Source: Ascidiella aspersa (taxonomy: Eukaryota). Taken from it: a stretch of DNA of 64,000 nucleotides. The stretch lies in NCBI GenBank assembly GCA_963924565.1, contig OZ004608.1:8184001-8248000 (forward strand), given 5' to 3'. Positions 51,701 through 62,948 of this stretch are shown here, piece by piece (the stretch's first letter is position 1; each line of letters starts with the position of its first letter). Below the pieces are notes generated by a model. That model was not told the DNA's origin, searched no databases, and worked only from the letters and a program-made list of their open reading frames with translations. The position numbers and the translations under genes are program-made.

Positions 51701-53220
51701 ACTTAAAGGCCGAGTTGGCCCAGGAACCAATCCCGAGGGCCACAGCGCCGCATATCTGAATGTATAAGATAGATTACACTACGGCAGAAACAATATTAGG
51801 ATACGACAGATTGCATGGCTATTCGAAACATAAAAGGCCCCCAATTTTCTGACACGATTTTTTTGGGGCCTATTTGTCCACACCAAAGCTTATGGTGTTT
51901 ATGCCGTCATGCCATTGTTGCAGTGTTTAAGAGATTTTTCACAAGTGATTACAGCTCCCGTTGGTTGCACAAAATAGCTCGACACCTTTCATTTCAAGCT
52001 ATCAGTTACCGGTAGTCTTCCATTTATGTGTGAACTCGATAGTTTGCAAGAAATATAGTTGGCATATACAGACTGTCAAAATTTAACATACCGGTACTGC
52101 AAATACTACTCAAAAAGCGAGATAGGCCTAACCAGGCAAAAGGAGCAAAATGTAGACTGATAAATGAGCGGCGGGGGTAAACAAATTTCAAGTTGTGGCA
52201 AATTGTGTTTGGCTTGCTCAATGCCAAAGCAAACCACCAAATGTATACCGACCAATTAACGGCCCACTTGTAATGTAGTGACTTGTTGATATGTCTCCAG
52301 TTAAGCAGAACAAGTTTGGATGAAGGGATCAGCAAAACAACGCAACCTCTTAGGAGCCAGTTGGCACTTATTCTATAATGACAAGTAATTCAGCGTAACG
52401 CTGTATGAATGGCTGAAATAAATACATCTATAATCGTTGTTGAACACCAGCAGCACGATTGGATATAATAACGTGAGAGCGTGGAATCTTGCGCTATACA
52501 AAAAACACACAAAGAAAGCACCACGTCAAATCAATCTTTGGCTATGGAATTGGTGTCCTAAGATATATCTTGGTAAGATATTGACTATGCATCAGATTAA
52601 ATAAACAACTAACCGTCCATAAGCTTTAACACCAATATTTTATCAATATCATGCACAATTGCACAATTTGCACATCGATAGTCAGGGTGATTAAAACTAT
52701 GTTTTATCACAAAAATATAAACGACAATCTCAATGGTACAGCTCTTAAAACTAATAAGATCTTCCAGAATGCATTACAAAATTACAAAAAAACTTAGCCT
52801 ACTTCAAGCTCTAACTGTAGATTTTATCTAGAATAATGACAGAATCAATATAACAAAGAAAGAATATGTAGTAACAGAAGTCGCAATTTTATTAGGGCCT
52901 ACACATTTAATTTATCTAATAGCTCGTGAAACACCTATATCATACCATTAGTGGTTCGTATGCAGCTTGCAAACTACTAATAACCATCGATTCTTGGAAT
53001 AGAAGTTGTACATACCCTATTGTTTTACAGGGCAGTGAAAATCGGTTTTTGGTGCAAATGGCACACGTTACAAACAAAAAGTTAAATTTAACTCTATAAA
53101 ATGAATAAATTTTATTATGTTCATTATTTCAAAATCGCCATCCGCACGAAAACTTACCATGCAGGTTACAATAGCCAAAAGCAAACTCCACTTTATCTTG
53201 CGGTAGGTCACCGTCTCCAT
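39717..53220 (-). CDS. Tetraspanin D, divergent paralogue, ~256 aa, with a 9.4-kb intron 2
   Basis: Exons 53220-53158 (METVTYRKIKWSLLLAIVTCM), 51755-51555 (ICGAVALGIGSW...LKDNKALIAL), 42170-41985 (FSVGLF...KAWDAMQKE), 40537-40367 (RHCCGYNNG...PWPDSCC...SCT), 39866-39717 (GCGGQI...WLTL*). No other candidate exon 1/2 was seen between 42171 and 51554. Confidence 0.87.
44523..44750. mobile_element. Degenerate Charlie-like MITE next to the nested gene's stop codon
   Basis: CAGGGTTCTCAAACTGGGGGGCGCG...GGGGCGCGG..CAAGAACCGC; the 3' end is decayed. Confidence 0.5.
44764..49908 (-). CDS. Nested gene: two N-terminal C2H2 zinc fingers plus SAMD3-like C-terminal region, ~718 aa, possibly transposon-derived
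   Basis: Exons 49908-48698, 48551-48455, 48062-47883, 47354-47154, 46523-46397, 45720-45635, 45018-44764 join with GT-AG sites and compatible phases (2,0,0,0,1,0) into 719 codons including the stop. Fingers: CPSPLC..HLRNDH and CKIPEC..HLYRYH. Motifs YPQPCQYRIVGHTLVEKFPVLRD..SWVLMLRNRYKDFRR and YWAFNIAFPPPLAKTMAFV resemble SAMD3-like proteins as I recall them (not searched). Confidence 0.8.
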
Positions 53221-54256
53221 GTTATCTCCAGCCACTCAAAAGACAACTCTCGACCGGTCAAAAGACTCCCAACATTCGGCGTCCGAGCAAACGTGAACGG
53301 TCTGCGGAATTCTCCCTAGTGACCAATCCCGTGAAGGCCTTAACATCGCCCTGTGCCTTAATCCAAGGCCGTTAACGCTTCACGGGGCCCACCCCCCACA
53401 TCGTGCGTAATTGGGGGGGACAATACGGCGGCGCCTTTTCAGCACGAGGACACAGCCTGGAGTAATTTTCCAAGCTCCGCTTGTTCCGCGATTGTCCCTA
53501 AGCCAATCAGATCCGCGGTTCGCTTTTTTGCCGGTCGAATACATGTTTTATAGTGGCGGTGTTGATTTTCAGCGATTTTTAGACGCGGTGCGGCAACGGG
53601 TGGTGCCGATGAATACATTAAAACACAATGTAGCCACATGCTGAGATACTTGAGCTTACAAAAGCCATTAGCGGCTGTTTAAAAATGGAGCGGAAACGGG
53701 CGCCCCTTGGTTATGCAATTAGATACGGCTAAACTCTTGGAAAAATTGTTAAAGCAATACTCAGCCACCGTTAAATATGCATCCTTTGCGTTGTAGCCAT
53801 CCGAGACCCAACGACACCCACATGATTAAATTGCGTGTAACCAACTTCTCGCATTTATGCGCTGCCGTGCTATATATTCTGATTTAGTTTTATAATATCA
53901 GCCGCGCGTTAGACAACCAAACAGTAGCACGTCTAGGTAAGGTATCTAAACTGCTATTGCCAAAAGCCGCAAGGAATGGTTAGCAAATTATCAAAGCTTT
54001 CAAAGCCTATAGTTCGTTATAATTTACAAATTCCCTTGGTTCTGGCATGCTACAGGCTAATGCAGCGGGTTGTCTCAGTTCAAGTGCAAAACTGAACTAA
54101 ACGAACTTGCGTAAGGGTTAGGGGTGTGACCTCTACTTTCCGGGCTCCACTTTTGTACAGGTCTAAGTTCGCTCTTATATAACCTTTATCTTGAATCAAT
54201 AGGTCTACTTGAGGTGTGGAAACTGTTCGGCATTTTATCTATACTATAGCCATATC

Positions 54257-54749
54257 CAGTGGTGGGATTCAGCCGGTTCGCATCGGTTCTATAGAACCGT
54301 CTCACGAACTTTTATGAGAGTAGCGAACCGGTTAGGATTACTGGTTACTGTCAATGGATTTTCGTATATTATCTAATCCATCGATTTTTTCACGTTTTTT
54401 TCAAAATGTGCAATGGTCAAGTTCGCACGTAGCAGTCATCCATTGAGTTAATTTTTATAATTGTAGCAATTTCCTTTTTGTAATTTTTGTCTGAAAATTG
54501 AATTGGTGCGTCACAACTCACAAGTACAACTATAGTCATGAGAAGACGACTGCTGCTTTTAAGTGTGACTGTTAGCCTAGTGATGTGATTCAGCCTGTTC
54601 GCACCAAATGCTGGAACCTGGAGTTGTATTCTGTTATTGCAACTACTTTTATTATTTGCCGAAAAAGATGACTTTTTGTAACAGAACCGGTTTAAAAGTG
54701 TGTCATTTGTGATAGAACCGGTTGACAAAAAATTTGAATCCCACCATTG
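54257..54749. mobile_element. hAT-type non-autonomous element
   Basis: TIR CAGTGGTGGGATTCA / TGAATCCCACCATTG; TSD GCCATATC/GCCATATA; subterminal GAACCGGTT motifs. Confidence 0.85.
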
Positions 54750-55603
54750 GCCATATAACAAGATAGTTCCTTACAGTGCTCATTTTAAGCTTGGAAAGGT
54801 AATTTCTACAACAGCAGTAAAAATTATTACATTTGCAAAGAAATAAACTTGAAAAATGGCTTCAATATGAGAAGTCGGGTTTTGTTAAGCTCATTATTAG
54901 TTGGAATTCCGGCAATGTCGCGATTTCCCTGACCTCTAAAGTACTATTCGTCTACAAAGGTAAAATTTAATAATTTTTTTACCAACCTAAATTAAAACTA
55001 AGCAACGATAGTATAGCTAAACATTCCTTTCAATCTACCGCATTCTTTACGTTTCTTTACACTTGTTAGTAAAACGATTGCCAAAAATTACTCTTATACA
55101 TATTTATTTTCATAAAAAAGGGTAGTACATTAACAGAAAAAATGCTTCAAAATGTTGAAATTGGCACAGTCACAGTATTAAAATGTAAATGATTTTACGG
55201 TTATCTGTAAAAATCATCGTCAACTTAAAAAAGCCAAACTCACAGGCGAGAAGAAAAAAGGCACGAAGGCAAAATAATTCCGATCGGTTATCTAAAAGTA
55301 AGCTTGAAAACTGGCGTTAGTCGGATCAGGCTTACAGGGCATCGTTAAAAGTATAATAGACCTCCACGAAAGCGGCCAAGGTAATGTAGCCTTGACGCCT
55401 TTCATAGGTTACGGTTAATATAACGCCATAAAGTTCATGTTTATGGTGACATCTGTTTACCAAACACGCCTGACATCTGTTTTACGAAACATTTTTAACC
55501 GCCTCTCTCTGTTTCCTCCGGTGCTAGTTCGCACTTTCTGAACTAACTCGCGGGCGACGTCTAACGGCAATTCAAAATAAATAAACAACCGCGCGCAAGA
55601 GAG

Positions 55604-58600
55604 CTAAGAACAGCAGCCCGAAGGCCTGTCATGCCCACGGCGAGAGGGCGAGCCGGTCACGGAGCGGTCTTGGACGTTGATGGGCCGTCGACCGGAGTTG
55701 AAGAAAATGTTGCTGGAATCGGTTGCGCTTCTGTCCTCAAGAAAGTTGCAAACATCCTTAAAAATCTTCTCAACATTTTCGCCGCTTTTAGCGCTCGTCT
55801 CACAGTAAATGGATTTGAACTCTTTGGCGAAGCGCTGGCCCTCGGCGACGGGAACTTCCCTTTTCTGGGGGGCCAGGTCCAGCTTGTTGCCGACCAGGGC
55901 GATGACGGCGTCGGCCGGGCCATTCTCGCGCAGTTCGCTCATCCAGTATCGCACGCTCTCTAGCGACGTCTCGCGGGTGATGTCGAAGACGACTAGGACG
56001 ACAGCTGCGCCACGGTAGTACATCGGCGCTAGCGACTTGTACCTGAAAGCAAATTATATTTTTACTGATTTTAAATAGAAAAGTAATGTTGCATTGAAAT
56101 ATGTGATAATGGAAATTATATTCAGACCTATTTAAGATAAACATCCATCTTAATTCCTTAGGGATACCACATTTTCAGCACCCCAAAAGAGGACATATTT
56201 TTGCCGGCAAGCAAAACGAAAGTAGAATTGTTACGTTTGAGTTTGATGATGTTTTACATTTCCTCGGTAGTTGCAGGCAAAAGTTACAACATAAAAGGGA
56301 AGCAAAAGTTACAAAAGCAGACACAAAAACAACAAATCAAATTTATTTTTCCGATTCAACCCATGAATACTGAGCGGTTCCCTTAACATTTGACAACAAG
56401 AAATGATAATTCTAACGAGATCGTGATATTGTTTACACGAAATATCATTGAAATTATATACAACCGCCAAGGCAGTAATTTTTTGGAAATAAATACGACG
56501 ACTCGCCCAAAAGTCTTGGTTGAAAGTATAGGCAACCAACTCGAAATGCGACAAGAGGACATTTGGACAATTTTGAGCGTCCTCTGAGGACCATTCACTT
56601 TTCTTGAAAAAAGAGGACAAATCCTCCTAAAAGAGGACATATGGTAGGCCTACAATTCCTACACACAGCAGAATAGTACAGCAAAGCTAGTACTTCACAT
56701 CAGACACTTTTTTCACATGTTAAAAGTTATATAAATATATATATATATATATGAATATACTGCTGCTGCCAGGCATTGTATTAATTATAAAGAAGGTTCT
56801 TCCGACAATTATTTATTATTGTATTAATTATAAAGAAGGTTCTTCCGACAATATAAATATATAATAAATAAATAATTGTCGGAAGAACCTTCTTTATAAT
56901 TAGTATATATATATATACTCCACCGGAAAACGCATCGTTAGTATATCTGAATAGTTTAGTTTATTTTTTAATTATTCTATCTAATATTTCTACTGTAACG
57001 CTGTTTATTCAAATATACCGACTATGCCTTTTTCGCTAGACTATTTTGCTGTTGTAAACTAAAAAGTAATTGAATAATTATCTGAACACGAACAGCATTA
57101 TTAAGCGAAGACAACAAAGAGAACACGTACACGCAAGTTTTACAACGTTAGAAAATCTGTTTTTTTTTTTGGTTACAAAATTTGACACCGAAATACCGAG
57201 ATACCTTTCTTATTTTAAAAACCGTAATTTTTAGGTTGAAATGTTTATTAAAACCCTTTAAGTTTAAAAAATACACGTTTTAAACAGAAAACCTATAGGC
57301 AATGCAAAGGCGGGTTTGTTTTTTATTAGGCTTAGCGAAAATGTTTTTTGCACAAGACGTAGTGTTGTTATTCTTTAAAAAAGTCAATGATGTGCTAGTG
57401 GTATCGATACTGGGATGTTTACAGGGATTCCCGAACCTTTCAAAGGTTTGTAGCCATAGAAACAAATTGGAAATCACCAGCATCTGGACCAGCCCTTCTT
57501 AATTAAAGCTTTCCAAGTGTGTCACAGGCTAAGGAAAACATATTCAAAAGTACCGAACATATATTTTTATCATTTTTTGACATTTTCGTTCGGTTTAGCT
57601 TGTTGAGCATACATTACTTTAAAGATTATTATGCAAACCACAAAGCCTATGTAACCGAAACTTAACAGATATTTACAGGTGCAACCTAAAAAGACTGAAA
57701 AGGTTAAGAAACAATGACTTATAGTTTAGACTGACCCACGTACTTAAATAATGTATTTTTATTAGAGAAAGTATGTATCTAAATAATTATAATACAGTGG
57801 GTGTCACACTAACACGTCTTACCATGACGCACAATGAGTGATGCTTATGTGGTAAATGAAAGTACGCAGCAGTTAGTAGTTACTTGTTATGTAAGTGGTC
57901 TACGTGCGTGGCTTGACGTGCGGTTGCCAGTTTTCACAAGCGTTTGTCATTTACGCGTCCTATACGTCTGGCGTTTTGACGCACGGGCACGTGACCTCAG
58001 TCTTCTACGTAACGCAACCGCACGCAGAATGCCGCGTCGCATAAACTCCTGGTCTACTATACGGTTTATTTTTAACCGTACAGTTATCAAAATATAATAT
58101 AATCTTTTTATAGCACAGCTTTGCTGGATGTAATTTAAAAAGTAAGAGAGAAAATCATAGAGGCATTTAAGCGGAATATATAACTATAATCTAAGCAGTA
58201 ACTGACAGAAAGAAACCTACATGATTTCAACATCGATAAAAACATCCTATAGAATTATTATATGTATGACGTAGGTATGACAACAGGCTTACTATGCTAT
58301 TCTGGTCTAGCACCAACTTTGTTACAAACGAACGTTTCGGCAGAAACTGCCAGCTGACCTTATTTTAACTATTTTGTTTAAAAAATAATTTCATAGCACT
58401 TTGAGCAAACTGCGTTCTAAATATAATTACCATTTTTATGGGCGTGAGATAACACCAAGCATTGCACCATGTGCTTGAAATTTTTTACGGGAGCCAATTT
58501 ATTCTGTTAAAAGTTTTCAGTCATTTAGGGTTATATTTTGGCTCATTTGGTGTTAAAATTTAACGTTTCAGATAAGTGTCTCTTTCAAACTGTAAATTAG

Positions 58601-60568
58601 ACAAAATGTAAGTCTAGGCTTATTGGATATACAAATGTAAATCGACTTTTCAAAAGATTGTTTCAAAGAGACACACAATTATAACTATAACTAATACCGT
58701 TTTATAAAACAAAAGGGCGGCAAACTTTGCAGCGTAGAAGCGATGTTAGGACTGAAACAGCCTTTCATAACGCCCATGCATTGTGTTCGCTTATGACTCA
58801 CGAACAATTCGACCCTATCGAAAGCGTTTTCCCATACAAGTTAATTTAAGAACACTCTTTGTGACACGCGTGCAAAATTCCCGAAGCGGGAACACACAAT
58901 AAGGCCGAAAAAGCAACAATACCTAAAGCAGGAAAATCTACAGTACAATAGTATTATGACCAACGACAAAATAAAGTCAAATACGCAGTGATATCCACGA
59001 CAAAATAAGATCGAAATTGTCTGATTAAGACCTAAATCTGTCGGAATACGTCCTAAAATCATCAGAATAATGCCTAAATGGACAAAATAATGCCTGAAAC
59101 TGTAAGGAGAGGGTATGGGACGATCGGGGCCATGGGTTTGGCATCGGCCGTTTTGCTGTCGACGTTTGTGCGTCCTATTTTGAACCATGCCGTCAAGGCT
59201 CCGCTATTTTAACACTGGATTTTTTACCCTGTTTGGGGTTATTGTTGGTTAATTGGTATTGGTCAGAAAATGGGTTAGGATTGAAATTATTAGGGGAGTT
59301 ATTGATGTACTTAGGAAGGGGGTTTGCAGTTAGGTAAAATGTTGCATAGGATTCTGGTCATTTAGGTCTTATTCTGCTTTCTGGCCACATAAAGTCTTAT
59401 TCCGGTGGGTTTAGGACTAGATGTTATTACGACTATTAGGTATCATTCTTTTTTATGTACCTTTTCTAACTACCAATAAAAAGAATTATAATTATTATAG
59501 ATTCCCTGGAATGTGACACAAGGCGTAACTTTGGTTTTGCAGTTCCCGAGCGGACGTATGTGATGTGTCATGGCTTATGATAGCGGCTACCTGTGATGTG
59601 TTGTGCATCTGCTGTTACTTAAAACAAACAGATGTATTTAAAATACTATTCAGAGTTGTGAATAACTTGTTCTAGAGCGGTATAAGCTGGTCATTTGAAA
59701 TATTTCTACTTAAGAAATTCGGTGAATTTGATATTTTTAATTGCTCAAAAATGACTTAAATCAATGATATGATTACAATGCACTTAATCTGCTGTTTTTC
59801 GAATGACTTGACTCGACAACTTATTTAAACACATAAATTTAATTGGACTTTGAGTAAAATTAAGTGTTTTTGTTAATCCTTTGTTTAATAAAGCTAGGTT
59901 ATTTATCTCAACATGTGCACGTGAAACAATTTGATCGATAAATGTTGCGTTTCGCTTGTTATTTAGTTTAGTCATTGCTAATAATAGTCGAATGGTTTAC
60001 TAAGTTTAAATGTTAAGTGTTTTATTTTTATGTCAATGACTTGACTTAGAGTTGACTTATTACAACAATTTTTTGACTTGGGAAACTGATGTCTTGGACT
60101 GGAACTTAACTTGTTATTTTTGCAAAAGACTTAGCTTTAACGTACGTTTTTTTCTCCAAATGACTTGACTGAGAGAAGTCATTTAAATAAAAACACTTGT
60201 TTACAACACTGTAGTTTAGTGTGTTTTTTAGTTAAGTTGACTATTTTGAATAATGACTTACACCGGGACTTGGCCTTGGCAACCGATGACTTTGACTGGG
60301 ACTCAGTTTAAAAAAGTTACATCATCGTAAAAGTTACTTGTTTAGAACACTGGTAAGTAAATGTCTACCTTTCTTGGCCTGCGGTGTCCCAAATCTGCAG
60401 CTTAAATGTAGTTCCGTGTTCCGTGGACCAGTAGCGGGATTTGAACGCTGCGCCGATGGTGTTGGCCATCTGCTCGTCAAAACGGTTCTCCACAAATCTA
60501 AGGGTGATACTTGACTTGCCCACGTTGGTGTCGCCCAGCACGCAAACCTTTACCATGCGCGTGACCAT
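55604..60568 (-). CDS. Rab GTPase of the Rab5 group, closest to Rab22/Rab31, 212 aa
   Basis: Exons 60568-60369 and 56042-55604, phase-2 intron inside the R of WDTAGQER. G-boxes [31 protein letters not shown]; SLAPMYYRG; ELRENGP (Rab22/31-like); C-terminal CCS prenylation motif. Confidence 0.93.
56159..56652. mobile_element. hAT-type MITE with GAGGACA subterminal repeats, in the Rab intron
   Basis: Ends TAGGGATACCAC...ATGGTAGGCCTA; TSD TAATTCCT/CAATTCCT; repeated GAGGACA. Confidence 0.75.
56775..56902. repeat. Two direct copies plus one inverted copy of a ~35-bp unit, flanked by (TA)n
   Basis: TAATTATAAAGAAGGTTCTTCCGACAAT within 56775-56809 and 56818-56852; its reverse complement within 56867-56902. 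Confidence 0.9.
60036..60352. repeat. GACTT-rich interspersed repeat (related copies at ~22170-22265 and ~28560-28655)
   Basis: Dense degenerate TGACTT/GACTGG units. Confidence 0.6.
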
Positions 60569-62895
60569 GCTTGTTCGTTTGTATGTGGTTATTAAAATTG
60601 GTAACTGTCAAAAGCAATGTTAAAAATGGTTACCGAGTAAAGCACAGGTGTACAAATTACAATATGCTACCCTTAAAGATTAAACCAATATACATTTTTT
60701 TTACCTTCAAGTCGTAATTTTTTAAGTTTAATTATAGATTTTTAAACTATATCTGGGGCGAAAGTAATTATGTACATACTATACATTCCAACGTGGGTAA
60801 AACGCTTTCTTTTGTGTCTTTTAACTAGTTTGGGGTACCGTTTCTACAAAAGACATATCATCCCTTTGGAAAAAAATCAATGTGTTTGGCCTAATCTAAT
60901 AGATTATTATATCAACAAGACACAAAATCATCTCTATAAACAAAAAAATTCAAAGTCGCTCAAATACCAAACTAATGCCTTTGGTAATTATCCTTTTGAA
61001 GAATACGATCTACTCTAAAAGTATATATTGTGGGCTATGCTTTTTGCACCTAATCCGTTTCAACTTCCACTACAAAGAGCTGGCAGAATGATCTTACTGG
61101 TTGGCAAATCGAAGGAACGTTTATCCGTTCAACTCGAATACAAAGTACAGCATCAACTCGAATTTGCCATAGGACAAGCCCTTACACCACTTCCGCGTTG
61201 CCTATGAAGGATTTGTCCTCACGTACTCCGAAATGCGACGGAAGGACAGCACAGTGCAAGTTGCAACGTTTATGAGCAGCTTCCGTAAAGAAAAATGTAA
61301 CGCTATTACACAGAAGTAAATTTCATTGACGTTTGAATTTACTATACCAGCACCCAAGCCAACGTCTTATGCCCTGTTTAATCAAATCTGCTATATAATA
61401 AATACAGTACAAACGTTTTCGCTTATATAAACGCTCTTTTGAAAATAACCCAAAGGTCAAAAGACTCGACGATTTAACTTACGTCAGTTTCACACAACGG
61501 CACAACTTAAAATACAGGCGCACTGCCCGCACGTAGACAAACCCTGCCGAAATATAAATGCCCAACGAAACTTTACTCACATGACATGGGTACAATAGCA
61601 ACTAGCAACACCGGCTGTACTGCGCGATTGTTTGGTAATTTCCCCTTGTTATGACACTCGTGACGTTTTTGCATCCTGGTTAACATTTTACACTTGGCCA
61701 GTTTATTCATGGCCTCTTATAAAAAAACGCGCTTAAATATCTTGAAACATACCGGTATCCAATAGACAGGGTTTGTGTATATCACAAAGGTGTGTTCAAA
61801 ATAAGAGGCATTGTGCTGTTGGTGGTGGCCAAGTAAACTGTTCGCTTGTGACGTCAAAAGTTTCCTGTTTTAAGCAGAGATAGACCTTGCCTTAAGACAC
61901 TTCCTCATATAGTTAAGGCGATGGGGCATTTCAGAGGTATTTGAACGTCAAGCAAGTCTTGTGTAATGTTTTCGACCGATGGTCACTTCGTCATTTAAGC
62001 TACGACTATAATAAATGTTTCCTAGCTACTATCTTGATAAATTCTAACTCAAAACGCCATTCAATATACAGACCACGCACTCGTAAAACATATTTTACAA
62101 AAATGAAAACAGCGCAATATTAGATATTTAAAGTAATTGTCAAAAACTATTTAAAAATAAGTGCAGCACTGATTAACCCTCAAACTTAAACTCAAGCAAA
62201 ATTAAAACAACTTTTATCTCAGGCGGATTTTTTTTATTTGCTAACGCTGTGGCATTTAAATAACTTCAACCACTGAGTGTGTTCCATAGGTTTCCTAAAT
62301 TATTATGTCTAATCTCTTCAACTTTGCATTAGCGACAACAAACCTGAACGAAACTACAAGCAACCTAAAAAACCAACAATAAATCCGATTGCTTAACGTG
62401 AGCTCTATCTGCCGTTAATATCACATGGCGTGCGTACGTTACATTGCTCGACTGGTTATAACATGATGTGTTTAATCAACTTATTATGACCACACGCGGT
62501 GCGTTTGTCACAGCTCCAAGAACCAAAAGGATGACTCAATAATGTAAGCGTGACCCACTGATCAGAACTTGTGTAACCCACTGATCACTGGTCAGAACTT
62601 GCTGCAGTAAAACTCGCGCCTATAACATAGATTGTAACTAATGCTCCTTGATTACACTCGCGAAGTGCAACAGGGTTTGGTGTTGTTTACATTGTTGCTA
62701 TTTTTAAGCCGTTACTTACCGTACTGGAAAAGCTTCTTGCTCCTATTTTGCCAACACTAGATTTTGTTATTTAATATTCATTTAAGACAGACCACAGAAG
62801 AACGTTTCGAAAATATCGAAGTGGTTAAAGGTTATCTATGCAGGGTATCCACTTTTAGGCGACTTTTTAGGTTATTGGCTATTATATAAAACAGC

Positions 62896-62948
62896 TAATC
62901 TAACAAACTGCTGCGTATCAACTAATCTAACAAACTGCTGCGTATCAA
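62896..62948. repeat. ~27-bp tandem duplication
   Basis: CTAATCTAACAAACTGCTGCGTATCAA occurs twice. Confidence 0.85.

Noticed and set aside
53220-60568. Rab22/31 plus tetraspanins as a co-transcribed exosome/endosome module
   Set aside because: Only co-orientation supports it; a 2.4-kb gap with a MITE and a GC-richer promoter-like region precedes tetraspanin D.
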